A stretch of 64,000 nucleotides of DNA from Squalus acanthias (GCA_030390025.1 CM059432.1:101186001-101250000), one strand, 5' to 3'; positions 12,651-25,450 are shown, numbered from the stretch's first letter. A program made the numbers and translations. Notes: generated by a model from the letters alone, not told the origin.

Positions 12651-13479
12651 TGAGACATGTCTCAAGGGCAGCTGTATTCAGCATTCCAAAATATCCATAC
12701 ACAACTGTCCACTTACTGCACAGTACAAGAAAGTAAACAGGGCCAGAATACCCCACAGCTGTTGAAGTCGTGCAATCATCTCAGGACTCTGCTCGCAGAT
12801 TCACCTGAAGATCAAGGTCCACCTTAATCCTAACAGCCTGTAATTGACACACAGCAGCCAGCCACCTCAAATATTCTAAGCACTGAGAAGTACAAGACTA
12901 GGCTATAAAACATATCAGTCATACACTGTCAACAAGGGGAAGCTCCACAGTGGCAAATAGCAGCAATATACACTGATCACTTGGAAGCAATAAAATTTGA
13001 TAGCACTTCAATTGTACTCTGTCCAGTAAGTGTTCTTGTTATGCTGCTAGGCACTGTATCAGCAGGTGATGAAAATGTCTGGCAGTTCACGAGAAGGTAA
13101 AAATAACATAGCTGAAATCACATGTGTTAACAGCATGGTAAAGATGCAGGGAGGGCTGTAAATGCATGGGAAGGAAGGGGTAATTATAAATATGTCTCCT
13201 CAATGACTCTCACAACTGGCAAATGTGTTCATTTCTTGCCTCCTAAGGCAAGTCAGAAATGCCTTTACAGTGTTGGGCTGATGATTAGTGTCAACTGATG
13301 ATATCACGGAGCAAGCAATTTCAACTGTTTGTACAATGTGAAAGGAGCTAATGGACTTCTCATCATCAAGTTAGACTTTCCGTAAAGGTGGCTCTGCTGC
13401 GTATTGTTTCTGATGGAGATGGCTTCTGTTTCCCAGTGTTTGTGATCATTCATGGTGACCTCAAATAGGCAGAGCTGCA

Positions 13480-13720
13480 TGTTGTCGACTGTATGTAATG
13501 TTTCCAAGAGGCAGCATGTAAATGAGGAAAAGGAGAAAGCCAAGGATGGAACTTTTGGATACTACAGAGGTGACCATGTCAGTGGAGAAACGATTGCTGA
13601 AAATATCAAGCTCTCGTGAGACAAGCGTGAATGGAACCATGCATGATCGGTCCCCCAGAAGTGAACCATAAAGAAGAATGCAGTAGCTGATCGACTTAAA
13701 AGCTATTCCGTAAGTTCCTG
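13480..13720 (-). mobile_element. Old L2 RT fragment
   Basis: Minus ORF 13461-13778 VTSVVSKSSILGFLLFLIYMLPLGNI resembles GVPQGSILGPLLFLIYMLPLG. Confidence 0.7.
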
Positions 13721-13757
13721 ACATCAGTCTAAATTTAACTTTTACTAGTTTGAATCC

Positions 13758-14536
13758 GTGGGGTAATTGTAACCCCAAAAAAACAGGTGCGTTGGGGTCA
13801 GATGGGAGGTTAAAGTGTTAAAAAACTGAATTCCGACCCAAACCCATTCCAACCCGCCCATTTCTGGGATGGGAGGTGGGCAGCCAACCCGCTGCCAGGA
13901 GGCGGGTTGCCCATTTAAATATTAGAATGAGGCTGGCGTGCCTCAGCTTTAACCAGCGTTTCAAATTTAACTGTGGTTGGTCAGGTTTCTCAGGCCTCGG
14001 AGAACCCGCCAGCTAAAGTAAGGCAAGGACTGCTGGATGCAGGAGGCAAGTGCATTTACACTTACCTCCTGGATCCAGCATCCCTGCCTCACCCACAACC
14101 CGCGATCGGAGACCCCCCCACGAGGCCTCCAATTCCCCCCCCCGCCCCCACACCCCGAGGCCTCTGATCCCACCCCACGAGGCCTCCGATTCCCCCCCCT
14201 CTTCCCGAGGCCTCTGATCGCCTTCCTGGAATCCCCCCTCCAGCCCCGATGCTCCTCCAGCCACCGACTACCCCTTGGCCCCGACCCGATTCCTCCCTCT
14301 CTCCTCTCTGCGGCCTAGTGCCTTGGGCCTACCCGCCCGCAGCCAGCCAGCCTCCCCATCTGGCTGGCTGCGTGTGGTAAACAGAGGTTTGAAATGCAAA
14401 TCAGGCCCTGCCGTTAAATTCGGCAGGGCCTGTGGATAACCCGTTCCCCGACTGCTTCTTAGCACCACCCCCAACCCTGCCCACCCCCCACCCCGCCCCA
14501 CTGCTCCCAACTTGCCTCCAGATTAAAATTCCGGTC
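13758..14536. mobile_element. Non-autonomous Harbinger-type element with a C-rich internal short tandem array
   Basis: Termini (G)TGGGGTAATTGTAACC and GATTAAAATTCCGGTC; probable TSD TCC; internal repeats of CCCC(A)CGAGGCCTC at about 14110-14220. Confidence 0.6.
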
Positions 14537-14559
14537 TCCTTGTCCTACCCTCGCAATTT

Positions 14560-15420
14560 AATTTAAAATAATATTCCAGACTTACCTGTTCCATTCACAT
14601 CTTGTTTATCTCTATTAGGTCACCTCTCAGATGCCTCACCTTTCCTCACAGATCAGCCTTTTGATACCAGAGATCAGCTTCATGGCTCTCTCTGCACAGT
14701 CTCTAGCATTGAACATCTCCCTTGTGTCTCAGCAACCAGAACTGAATGCAGTACTCAACCAGTCTGACATGAGCACTATACAGTTTGGTCATGATGTCTG
14801 CTAACTTGTATTCTGCTGTTCTGCCTATGTAATTCAACAGGTTGTTGGCTTTCTCGACTGCTGTTCTGCAGTTGTTCGACATACTGAACATCAAGTCTAC
14901 TAAGATTCCTAGGTTTCTTTTGGTTTCATCCTTAGCTATTTCAACACCATTCATGAACTGTATACATTTGTCTGCCTTAAATTTCATCTGCTATTTTTCT
15001 GCCCACTTGCATATCTTATCCAAATCATGCTGTCATTTCTGAGCTGCCTCTTCTGAATCTACTGCCTCGCCTTGTCTGTTATCATCTGCACATTTGACAA
15101 CATTGCATTGAGATTCTGAATCCAAGTTATTGATGTAAATTAGAAAAAGTAGTGGGACAACCCCTCACTCTTTATGTGAAGTAAAACCTCCTGATAACAG
15201 TCCTAAAGTTATCTCTTCCTAGTTTAAATCATTGTCCCCTTGTCCTATTCCCATTGTTTAACAGAGGAGTATTCTAGATTAACCTTTTCCATATGGTTTA
15301 CTTTCTTCCTATCTTAGTACTTCTATAGGACCACCTTTCAGATGCCTCCTTTCCTGGCTGAAAGCTCAAGTCTCTCCAGTCTTTCCTCTTAACGCAGACA
15401 CTTGACATTAAAGATCAGCC
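14560..15420 (-). mobile_element. Old CR1 fragments
   Basis: Minus ORF 14703-14987 MKFKADKC...RNLGILVD...LYSAHVRLVEYCIQFW. Confidence 0.75.
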
Positions 15421-16185
15421 TTTTTTTTTATTCAGTCCTGGGATGTGGGTGACGCTGGCAAGGCCAGCCTTTATTGTCCATCCCTAATTGCCCTTGATAA
15501 GGTGGTGGTGAGCTGCCTTCTTGAACTGCTGCAGTCTGTGTGGTGAAGGTGCTCCCATAGAGTTGTTGGGGAAGGAATTTCAGGATTTTGACCCAGCGAC
15601 GATGAAGGAACGGCGATATATTTCCAAGTCAGGATGGTGTGTGACTTGGAGGGGAACTTGGAGGTGATGATGTTTCTATACGCCTGCTGCCCTTGTCCTT
15701 CTAGGTGGTAGAGGTCACAGGTTTGGGAGGTGCTGTCAAAGAATCCTTGGCAAGTTGCTGCAGTGCATCTTGTAGATGGTAGACACTGCAGCCACAGTGC
15801 GCCGGTGGTGGAGGGAGTGAATGTTTAAGGTGGTGGATGGGTGCCAATCGAGTGGGTTGCTTTGTTCTTTATGGTGTTGAGCTTCTTGAGTCTTTTTGGA
15901 GCTGCACTCATCCAGTCAAGTGAAGAGTATTCCATCACACTCCTGACTTGTGCCTTGTAAATGGTGGAAAGGCTTTGGGGAGTCAGGAGGTGAGACACTC
16001 GTCACAGAATATCCAGCCTCTGACCTGTTCTTGTAGCCACAGTATTTTTGTGGCTGGTCCAGTTAAGTTTCTGGTCAATGGTGACCCCCAGGATGTTGAT
16101 GGTGTGGGATTCGACGATGGTAATGCCATTAAATGTCAAGGGGCGGTGGTTAGACTCTCTCTTGTTGGAGATAGTCATTGCCTCA
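15421..16185 (-). mobile_element. Second CR1-group LINE family (poly-A tail; Zenon-like motifs), 3' fragment
   Basis: INILGVTIDQKLNWTSH; same family as 23280-25160 and 45730-46971; T-run tail at 15421. Confidence 0.85.
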
Positions 16186-16574
16186 TTGTTCTTCTTTGCA
16201 TTGCCTTCAAATCTTGAATACAAACTGTTTATGGATCAATCTGCCTTTAAGAAATTACTTCCTGAAAAATCAGGGCCTGAGTAATGGCCCATTATAAATT
16301 TGTGAGCAGAAGATACTGCAGGTATGCAGCTTAAGCCATGAGATTTCAAACTCTAACTAATTAATCATTAGTTTACATTATATAAGGTATATAATTGATG
16401 CCCTCGTACAGTCTTTGCCAGAGCAATCAATGCCTGTATGCAACAGGCGCTGAATTGCAGGCAGTGCACGAAAAGAACAGGGAGCTAGCAAGTTCAGAAA
16501 ACTCCCAATTTCTCAGCCCGTTCTTGGCCAATTATCTTCAACAGAACATTTCCGCCAGTTAGAAATTCTACCTT

Positions 16575-17690
16575 GGACTTCTTCAAGCCCCTCATGAGTC
16601 AGACGCCACCTCTCACCTTTGATGGTTCAAATCTTTATCCTTCATCATCTATTGCTATTCTCGGCCTCACTATCTTATCTAAATTCAAATGTAACTCCCA
16701 TATTTCCTCCATTAGTGAACTTGTTTTTAAGAAGTTTGGTTTCCTCTTTCATGTGAAACACTTGTTTTCCCTCAACAACATTTCCTTTTCCCTCAGCTGT
16801 GGCTCAGTTGATAGCACTGTAGCCTCTTCCGTAAGAAGGTTGTGGGTTCAAGTCCCACTCCAAAGATTTGAGCACAAAAATCTAGGCTGACACTCCAGTG
16901 CAGTGCTGAGGGAGTGCTGCACCGTCGGAGGTGCCGTCTTCTGGAAAAAATGTGAAACTTATGCCCCGTCTGCTCTCTCAGGTGAACATAAAAGATCCCA
17001 TGGCATTATTTAGAAGAAAAGCAGGGGAGTTATCCCTGGTTTCCTGGCCAATATTTATCCCTCAATCTACATCACAAAAAAAACAGATTATCTGGTCATT
17101 ATCATATTGCTGTTTACAGGAGCTTGCTGTGTGCAAATGGGCTGCTGCATTTCCTAAATCACAACAGTGACTACACTTCAAAAGTACGTCAATGGCTGTA
17201 AAGCGCTTTGGCATGTCCTGAGATTGTGAAAGGCGCTATGTAAATGCAAGTCTTATTTTCTCAACAACTTTTCCCTTTCAATAAAACCCAACTCTGTCCA
17301 AGACCTAAATAATGTTTGCATATTTGTGTGCTTTGGGGCGACTTTTCTAAGACCTCTAAGACCTGGACAGACACAGAAAAAACTTAAGTAAAAAGTAATG
17401 TCTTCCTCCTCTCTTTCCCCCACAGTTTTCTTGTCCCTTTATTTGAGTAATACTAATATGGTCAGTGCTCCACTGAATTTTCATTTCTTGTTCTTCCAAA
17501 GCTACACATTTTATTTCCTCCTCCCTGCATCCTCACTCTGTTAAAATCAAGATGCATCATATCGAATTTTACTCTGATTTATTTTCTCAGGACCTCAAAA
17601 CTGTGAAGCTCTTTTACCCCACCTCCAGCTTCAATCTTTCTTTCCTTCCTGCTGCAATCTTCAAATGATTAAAGCCCAAATTTGGTATCA
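16575..17690 (+). mobile_element. Very old CR1-group (Zenon-like) LINE fragment, split by a SINE
   Basis: ORF 16573-16890 ILGLTI.SKFKCNSHISSISELVFKKFGFLFHVKHLFS resembles the RT C-terminal region; sequence resumes after 17279. Confidence 0.55.
16791..17259 (+). mobile_element. Full-length tRNA-headed Deu-domain SINE (SacSINE1-like)
   Basis: A-box TGGCTCAGTTG, B-box GGTTCAAGTCC, central AAAGATCCCATGGCA...CCTGGCCAATATT, L2-like tail AAGGCGCTATGTAAATGCAAGTC; about 20-bp TSD CTCAACAAC(A/T)TTTCC(T/C)TTTC (16771-16790, 17260-17279). Confidence 0.9.
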
Positions 17691-17717
17691 CTTAATCACA
17701 ACTTCCTGATTCACATT

Positions 17718-18232
17718 GGCCCAGATATTCCGATCGCAGGCCTCCCACGGGCGGAGGGCTGCGATCTGGAAAAATCTGCGCCAAGACCCGAAGGCTCCCG
17801 GGAGGCACAGAGTTCCGGTGCTGGGCCTCTCCAAACTGCCGGTGTGCAGGGCCCACGTATCCCAGAGGCGCAGGTGGTTCGCAGCGTCCCTGGGATCACG
17901 TGGGCCATGGGGAGCCAATCAGAGAAGGGAATCTCCCTTCATACATTTGACAGGTAGACCTGTTAAAAGTATGAATGGAGATCACTTCAAAAACACATCA
18001 AAACATTAAATAATTTTTTTTTTTAAATCACATTTTTAAAATCAATTAAAATTACATTAAATTAAATATTTTAAACAAAAATGTAATTTTTGGAAAAAAA
18101 ATGCAAGTTTTTTACAGGACTAAAAATAAACTTACCATTTTGAAAAGTATTTTTAAATTATAAATGATTGAAAAAAATGTTTATTTGTGTACACAGCTCG
18201 TACACACCCGTAGGGATCGGAAAATACGGGCC
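17718..18232 (-). mobile_element. Hairpin-rich Harbinger-type MITE related to family C
   Basis: Termini GGCCCAGATATT and AAATACGGGCC; flanks ATT/CTT; 17790-17980 is the reverse complement of a relative of the right arm of 44348-45108. Confidence 0.72.
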
Positions 18233-20333
18233 CTTGTCTCCTTAATTTTGGTCACAAGTGAATGCAATCTAGAATGGATCAATGTAAATCTTCTGCTTAT
18301 AGTAGGAAGATTCAACAAATGCTGCATTATATAACATCTATCCTGATGATCAGAAAGCAACTTCTTCATGGCTTTTGCACTTCCAAGAGATGAGCCTTTA
18401 ATACCAATGAATTACTGGAACTAAAACGTTTTATATCTTACTTCACTTCATGAATTCAAGTATAGTAATGTTCTTCTCCAAGGATGTGACATGAGATAAT
18501 GTAACTGTGAGACTGATGGTGCAGTCCATTGGTGACCTAATGTGCTGCACAATGGAATGATAGGATACATGTTCCCATCATTTTTTGTTGCAACTGCTTT
18601 GCCTTTTTTATTTCTCTTATTGCATTCCGCCACTTTCTGACACCTTCACAAAGCAATCACACTGGCCTAGAAATTGGATATGGCCACAAAACAGGCAGCG
18701 ATAAGGCCCAACGATATTAAGCTGCGCCAGGTCAAAATGGTCTAGGTTGCACGCAGAATTCATGCTCATATATTAACATGATTATAATCTTGATCTCAGC
18801 ACTAAAACCGCTGCTCATTGGCTTACAAAGGCATATTGGAGCCAGTCTAATTCCCAGTCAGGTTTGGCACAGGCTCTATTCAGTACTTAAAGGGGGGGTG
18901 CATTGATGCTACAGCACCTCATGGTCAATCCAGTTCCAACTTCACCTGGAAGCAGACGGTAGTGGAAGCAGATGGCCGAGCCTCAGCACAGGGAGAGAGC
19001 CCGCAGATTCGCAGACGTGGCTCTGGAGGCACTGATGGTGGCTGTGGAGAGGAGACGGGCTGTCCTCTTCCCACAGACTGGCAGGAAGCTCTCACCACAT
19101 ATATCCCGGAGGCTCTGGCAGGAGATAGCTGGCTATGTGGCAGCCAGCACTGTGGTCCCCAGGTCAGCGATCCAGTGCCGCAAGAAGTTTGATGACCTCA
19201 CACGGCAGGTCAAGGTGAGTGAAGGCTTCAGCAACTGCCATATCCCACCATCTGCACCACAAGCCTCACGCACTGCTCAATGCACCACACCCCCATCACT
19301 CACCTACCAACAATCTCTACATATCACCACTCATACCTCAAAATCATAGCTTCACTTCACCCTCACAACCTTACCACTGTTGTAACACTCACACCCACAT
19401 CTCACACCTTGCACACACTGACGGCTATTCAACTATGGCAGGCATATCATCTGAACACATTGCACCACACTCACTCACACACTTCCCTTTCTCTTGCAGG
19501 CCAAGATTGCGCATAACAGGAGGGAGCAGCGGCAGGACAGGCGGGGGCAAGCTGCCATCCAGGACCTCACCGACCTGGAGGAGAGAGTGCTGGAGATCAT
19601 TGGGCAGCAGATCATGGAAGCCGTGGCAACCAGCGAGGTTGAAGCCATTGGTGACAACAACAGTATGCTCATTCCTAATCCTTCTTCTCACATCCCACTT
19701 CCCCCTCATCCCACAATCTCTTCTCACTTTCAAGCTGCTGAAGCTGTATGCATGCATATATTGATTCCCTCACCCCCCCACTCCCCTCACCATAACCCGA
19801 CTCTTGTGCTTTTCTGCTTTCAGCTAATCAAGACCAAGCACCGAGACCAGCCTGTCCCTCGTAGCGATGTAGGAGAGCGAGGGGGGAGAAGAGAAGAAGG
19901 CGGCACAGTGTCACTGCATCTGTCACTCACAGGCACCAGCTCAGAAACTGGCACTGCGTGAACTTTAGAGGCTGGTATTGAAGCGGGATCTGCACAGGGT
20001 GAGGCACCAGGCATGAGTGGGCTGCAGCAAGGCCAGGGGGAAAGGGTAGCTCGGGGACCAGCTCCCCAGAGGGTGAGTTCATGCCGAGTTCGCTGCACAG
20101 GACTCAGATGAGGACCTTGATGGGGCGGCCTTCAGAAGAAGGGTGATGTGCATACACACCGAATTGCGAGGTGCAATGGCAAGCCTGCCAGAGAGCCTCT
20201 TGGCAATGTCAAGGAGCGTGGAGGAGTCCGCCTCCAACATTGCAAGGGGCTCTGCGCAGAGCTTGGAGCCCAGGATTTCCAGGCTAGGAATGATGGAAAA
20301 CTCCAGGAGAGAACGTGTCGACACAGACATGAT

Positions 20334-21765
20334 GGGGGGCGATTTTCTGCCGTTGGAGGAGGCGGGTTTGGAGGTGGGAAAATCAGATTCAATGAGGGTG
20401 GATTCGGAACCTGCCTCCAACCCGTCTCCGCGGGATTTTGCCGGTGCCGGTTTCGGAGGTCGGGAAACGGTCCCGCCTCCAGCTGGCCATAGCGATACTT
20501 GTGATCATTAAATGCTCATTAAGGGCCTCTCTAAGCCTAATTTGCGAGGCCCTCGTGATTTTTCGAGCATTTCGGCATGCTCCACGCACCTCCTAAACCA
20601 CGCCAGGTAAACCTGGCGGATTGACTCGTGGGTGGCCTCCTCACTGCTGCAGGTCTAACAAGACATTTATTGCATCTAGGATTACTTGCAAGTGCCAGAC
20701 CTTGGCTTTAAAAGGTCTCTGAGTACTTTTAGAAGGCCTTCCGAAATCAGAGGTGCTGCAGCTTAAATCAATCAACTGTGGGACCTCCTGGGAAGACCCT
20801 CTCCCCGCTTGCAATGAGCGCTGCCCCAAAGGAGGCATCTGCAAGCAGCATGGGAACCATTTGTTTTCTTTCTGCATGGACCTCAGATGAGGAGGAGGAG
20901 GAGGAGGAGGCTGAGGAGAAGGAGGAGGATCTGGAGGAGGAGGAGGAGGAGGAGCAGGAGGAGGTAAGAGCGCCGGTGTATCGACCAGCAGCAGCGGCAG
21001 CACGCGAGCACATGGCTGCCCGGGATGCAAGGGATGAACTTATCCTGGCCAGATTTACATAGGTTGCCCAAGTTGGCACATGTCCCTGGCTCCATCCTAG
21101 GACATCATTGACAATGGACATGACTCTCTGGCCTCCTTTCACTCAGGCCACCAACCTGACAACGCAAGTGTGCCGGTGCCCGCAATGTGGAGCTGCCTAA
21201 GGCGAAAGAACAGATGCCATAACGCCAACATTTTGGCTTCAAATCATTTTAATGCTTTCCAACAGGGATGGCATTTCATCAATACACATAAACATTCTCC
21301 CAATCTGCACACAGATCTGGAGCTTATATCCCTTGCCAGCTGTACCCACAGAGGTTTCTTTGGCCTCTTCCTCCCAGATGAGTAGAAGAGCACCTCCATG
21401 CTAACTGTCAGCCCCCTCAAACAACATTTGCAGTGCCTCATCCGAGAGCCTCGGGGAGGCCCTTGCCTTGGAATTGGACATAGTGGTTTCTCAAAATATG
21501 TTGCAGGTGGTGCAGTATAGGCAGAAATGCTGTGGAATGAGCCAAGGGAGCAAGAAGCCATAAAATCAGACTGGAAAAGTGCTGTCAACAGAGGCGGGTT
21601 TCAGTCCCAAAACACTAATTGACCAAGGGCATCCTACATCTCTGAAATCAAGTGGCCAATCATGGGAAAATCTCAATTTTTTGAAAACTATCAGTGGAGG
21701 CAGGTTTCAAACCCACCCAAACTGAAGCCCGCCTCCATCTCGCCTCCAGTGGGAAAATTGCCCCC
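20334..21765. mobile_element. Deleted Harbinger derivative nested in Myb exon 3, carrying a transposase C-terminal remnant with a (GAG)n acidic tract
   Basis: TIRs GGGGGCGATTTTC and GAAAATTGCCCCC; TSD GAT; removing it restores the frame DMM|LRVMGDVAAAI; ORF 20778-21062 ends EEEE...AARDARDELILARFT*. Confidence 0.85.
20888..20962 (+). repeat. (GAG)n imperfect trinucleotide repeat
   Basis: Direct reading; encodes poly-Glu in the transposase remnant. Confidence 0.9.
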
Positions 21766-22522
21766 GATGCTGCGTGTGATGGGCGATGTTGCGGCTGCCA
21801 TTGCAGCACAGGTGGAAGCAACCCAACATCTTAGTGCTGCAGCAGAAGTGTAGACCACTCTCATACAGTCTCAGCTTGCTACTACCAAAGCTCAGACTGC
21901 TGCAATCGTGGCTGGTTTTACCACTGTTGACAGGGGCTTGCAGGGTATTACAGCAGCCCAGCAATCTGTGCTCCATCAGATGGCGAGGAATGCTGAGGCG
22001 CAGTCCCAGTGAAGTGGCAGTGGGTCAGTGAAGTAGGACTCTGCTGTCCTCTCGCAGGATGATTGCATTCCTGTTCCCACCACTGCCACTCTGCCATTGC
22101 CTTTGCCTGTTGCCTGTCAGCCAGCCAGCCCAGACTGCTGCTGCCCATGTCAAGGTGGTTCAGTCTACAGCCGGGCCTTCAAGCACGAGAGCTGCTCGAT
22201 GTCGTCCTGCAAGGCCATCTGAAGTCTTCCCCATGGATACTCAGCAGCCTTCCACCAGCCATGCTGCAGCCACTGGGGGAGCACTTCACAGAAGCACGAG
22301 ATCAGGAAAGGGCACCCGAACGACAGGCACTAAGGGATTTCACAAGAGTGAGTAGTTCATATCGTATGTGTAAATTGATTTTTGATAAATTTATTAATTT
22401 TGTTTGGAATCTTTTGCGGTGGCTCTCATTTCAACTTTGTGCCCGGGAAGACGCTGTGATATTCCATGACAGAGGGATAGTATGATGGGGATGTGGTAAG
22501 CAACGGGGATCTGGGGTTTCAT

Positions 22523-22908
22523 TCATTGGAATCGGAGTCTAATGAAGCATTCACGGACAGCCTGTCTGAAAGCGGGATTGGCTGCCTGCCTCCTCCCTTC
22601 CTCCTTTTCCTCCTCTTGTCTCTCGTCCTCCTCCTGAGGTGGTCCCACAATCCCTGGTGGTAAGGGCTGCGCCCTCATGATGGCCAAGTTGTGAAGCATA
22701 CAGCAGACCACCATAAAATGGGACACCCACTACGCCGAGTACAGGAGGGCTCCTCCTGAGCGGTCAAGACAGGCCGATGGTCTGAGTAATCATGTTCCTG
22801 GTGGAAGCATGGCTCTCATTATATGAGTGCTGGGCATGAGTGGTGGGGTTGCGGAGGGGTGTCGTGAGCCAGGTGGGGAGTGGATAGCCCTTGTCTCCAA
22901 GCAGCCAC
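22523..22908 (-). pseudogene. HARBI1-type DDE transposase, C-terminal part
   Basis: Translates as [21 protein letters not shown]...[17 protein letters not shown] / [12 protein letters not shown]...VVCCMLHNLAIMR...RECFIRLRFQ*; GDxGY aspartate retained, expected catalytic Glu replaced by Thr; deletion and stop present. Confidence 0.9.
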
Positions 22909-23134
22909 TGACGTAAGAAAACTACTAGGCACTTGGTCTAAGCGTTTAACAAAGCTTTAATCAACTGTTTTACAACATGGAGATCTAGTTGTGTCCTTCA
23001 CTAGTTCCTGTTAAGGAATGTCCTGAGCAAGCTGGGCCCTATGCCCAAGTATTTATACTCTCCCTGGTCAGCGCCACCAGCAGGCCGCCCAGTATTATTT
23101 CAGGAGATAGTTCTGTGATAGTAGATTGGCGGTT
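22909..23134 (-). mobile_element. Possible LTR 3' half (solo-LTR-like fragment)
   Basis: On minus strand: TATAAATA (23050-23057), ATTAAA (22956-22961) and terminal CA at 22909-22910, abruptly truncating the transposase. Confidence 0.45.
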
Positions 23135-23240
23135 AGGATCAGATCAGCCTATGATCTTATTGAATGGCGGAGCAGGCTCGAGGGGCCAATTGGCCTACTC
23201 CTGCTCCTATTTCTTATGTTCTTATGTTCTTATGTTCTTA
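23135..23240 (+). mobile_element. CR1 extreme 3' end with (TTCTTATG)n tail
   Basis: GAATGGCGGAGCAGGCTCGAGGGGCC...CCTACTCCTGCTCCTAT followed by 3-4 octamer repeats. Confidence 0.88.
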
Positions 23241-23279
23241 TAAGTAATTTCCACATGAATGACAAGATTTTTAAAATAT

Positions 23280-25160
23280 ATTAATTCCTGGGATGTGGGC
23301 TTCGCTGGTAAGGGCAGCATTTATTGCCCATCCCTGGTTGCCCTTGAGAATGTGGTGGTGAGCCATCCTCTCGAACTGCTGCAGTCTGTGAGGTGAAGGT
23401 ACTCCCACAGTGCTGTTCGGTAGAGAGTTCCAGGATTTTGACCCAACAACAAGTCACTGCAGTGCATCTGGTAGATGGTACACACTGCAGCCACACTGTG
23501 CCAGTGGTGGAGGGAATGAATGGTTAAGATGGTGGATGGGGTGACAATTAAGCGGACTGCTTTATCCTGGATGGTGTCAAGCTTCTTGAGTGCTGTTGGA
23601 GCTGCACTCATCCAGGCAAGTGGAGAGTATTCATCACACTCCTGACTTGTGCCTTGTTCATGGTGCAAAGGCTTTGGGGACTTAGGAGGTGAGTCACTCG
23701 CCACAGAATATCCATTCTCTCACCTACTCTTCAGCCACAGTATTGATGTGGCTGGGTCCAGTTAAGCTTCTGGTCAATAGTGATCCCCAGGATGTTGATG
23801 GTGGGGATTTCAACAATGGTAATGCCATTGAACCTGATCTCCTGTTGAACATGGTCATTGCCTGGCACTTGTGTGGCGTGAATGTTACTTGCCTCTTATC
23901 AGCCCAAGCTTGGATGTTGTCCAGGTCTTGCTGCACGTGGGCATAGACTGCTTCATTAACTGAGGAGTTGAGAATGGAACTGAACACTATGCAATCATCA
24001 GCGAACATCCCCACTTCTGCCCTTATGTTGGCGGGAAGGTCATTGATGAAGCAGCTGAAGATGGTTGGGTCTAAGACACTGCCCTGAGGAACTCCCGCAG
24101 TGATGTCCTGGGGTTGTGATGATTGGCCTCCAACAACCACAACCATCTTCCTTTGTGCTAGGTATGACTCCAGCCAGTGGAGAGTTCTCCCGCTGATTCC
24201 CATTGACTTCAGTTTTATTCGGGCTCCTTGGTACCTCACTCGGTCAAATGCTGCCTTGATGTCAAAGGCAGTCGCTCTCACCTCACCTCTGGAATTCAGC
24301 TCTCTTGTCCATGTTTGGACCAAGGCTGTAATGAGGTCTGTAGATGAGTGGTCCTGGCGGAACCCAAACTGAGCATTGGTGAGCAGGTTATTGGTGAGTA
24401 AGTACCGCTTGATAGCACTGTTGACGACACCTTCCATCACTTTGCTGATGATTGAGTGTAGGCTGATGGGGCTGTATTGGCCCGATTGGATTTGTCCTGC
24501 TTTTTGTGGACAGGACATACTTGGACAATTTTCCACATTGTCGGGTAGATGGCAGTGTAGCAGCTGTACTGGAACAGCTTGGCTAGAGGCAGGCTAGTTC
24601 TGGAGCACAGGTCTTCAGCACTACAGCCGGGATACTGTCGAAGCTCATAGCCTTTGTTGTATCCAGTGCGCTCAGCATTTCTTGATATCACATGGAGTGA
24701 ATTCAATTGGCTGAAGATTGGCATCAGTGATGGTAGGGACCTCAGGAGGAGGCTGAGATGGATCATCCACTTGGCATTTCTGGCTGAAGATGGTTGTGAA
24801 CACTTCAGCCTTGTCTTATGCACTCATGTGCTGGGCTCCGCCGTCACAGAGGATGGGGATGTTCATGGAGCCTCTTCCTCTCGTTAGTTGTTTTATTGTC
24901 CACCACCATTCACGACTGAATGTGGCAGGACTGCAGAGCTTGGATCTAATCCGTTGGTTGTGGGATTGCTTAGCTCTGTCTATAGCATGCTGCTTCCGCT
25001 GTTTAGCATGCATGTAGTCCTGTGTTGTAGCTTCACCAGGTTGGCATCTCATTTTTAGGTACGCCTGGTGCTGCTCTTGGCATGCTTGTCTACATGACTC
25101 ATTGAACCAGGGTTGTTCACCTGGCTTTATGGTAATGGTAGAGTGAGGGATATGCCGGGA
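23280..25160 (-). mobile_element. CR1-group (Zenon-like) LINE, 5'-truncated and decayed
   Basis: ORF 23724-24536 [45 protein letters not shown]. Confidence 0.92.
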
Positions 25161-25339
25161 TATGTATTTAAAAGCATTCAATTATGCAGGTCAGCTTGTT
25201 AAATATAGCTACTTGTTCTATTTATTTGTAAATATATAATAAAAATAAAGTGCAAGCTTATGTGTGTATGGGGAAGCAGAAGGTAAAGTGTACATTTCCA
25301 CAATAAATCCACAAAATGGGTGAAGTTTACCAGATGAAA

Positions 25340-25450
25340 TGGCTGATTGGCTTAGATGAAGTAGAGTGGGAGGAGGCTTGTGCAGAGCATAAACACCAGG
25401 ATAAACCAGTTGGGCCGAATGGTCTGTTTCTGTGCTGTTTGTGCTATGTA
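25340..25450 (+). mobile_element. CR1 3' UTR fragment
   Basis: GAGCATAAACACC...CCAGTTGGGCCGAATGGTCTGTTTCTGTGCTG, same as 6455-6510. Confidence 0.7.

Larger units (their letters stand above)
18972..22355 (+). pseudogene. Harbinger Myb/SANT-like protein gene, 3 exons (18972-19214, 19500-19662, 19824-22355 interrupted)
   Basis: Exon 1 MAEPQHRERARRFADVALEALM...WQEIA...QCRKKFDDLTRQVK|GTGAGT; exon 2 TTGCAG|AKIAHNRREQRQ...; exon 3 has a frameshift, stops and an insertion. Confidence 0.85.
18664..22908. mobile_element. Decayed autonomous-type Harbinger transposon (Myb/SANT gene on +, transposase 3' part on -), right end lost
   Basis: Left TIR GGCCTAGAAATTGG; convergent Myb/SANT and DDE transposase coding remnants; nested element at 20334-21765. 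Confidence 0.88.

Noticed and set aside
14100..14230. Short repeats with variable spacers, superficially CRISPR-like
   Set aside because: Low-complexity C-rich tandem units inside a MITE in vertebrate DNA; spacers are not unique or regular and there are no cas genes
16795..16865. tRNA gene (A- and B-boxes; also 59080-59150)
   Set aside because: These are tRNA-derived SINE heads continuing into the SINE body; no complete cloverleaf seen
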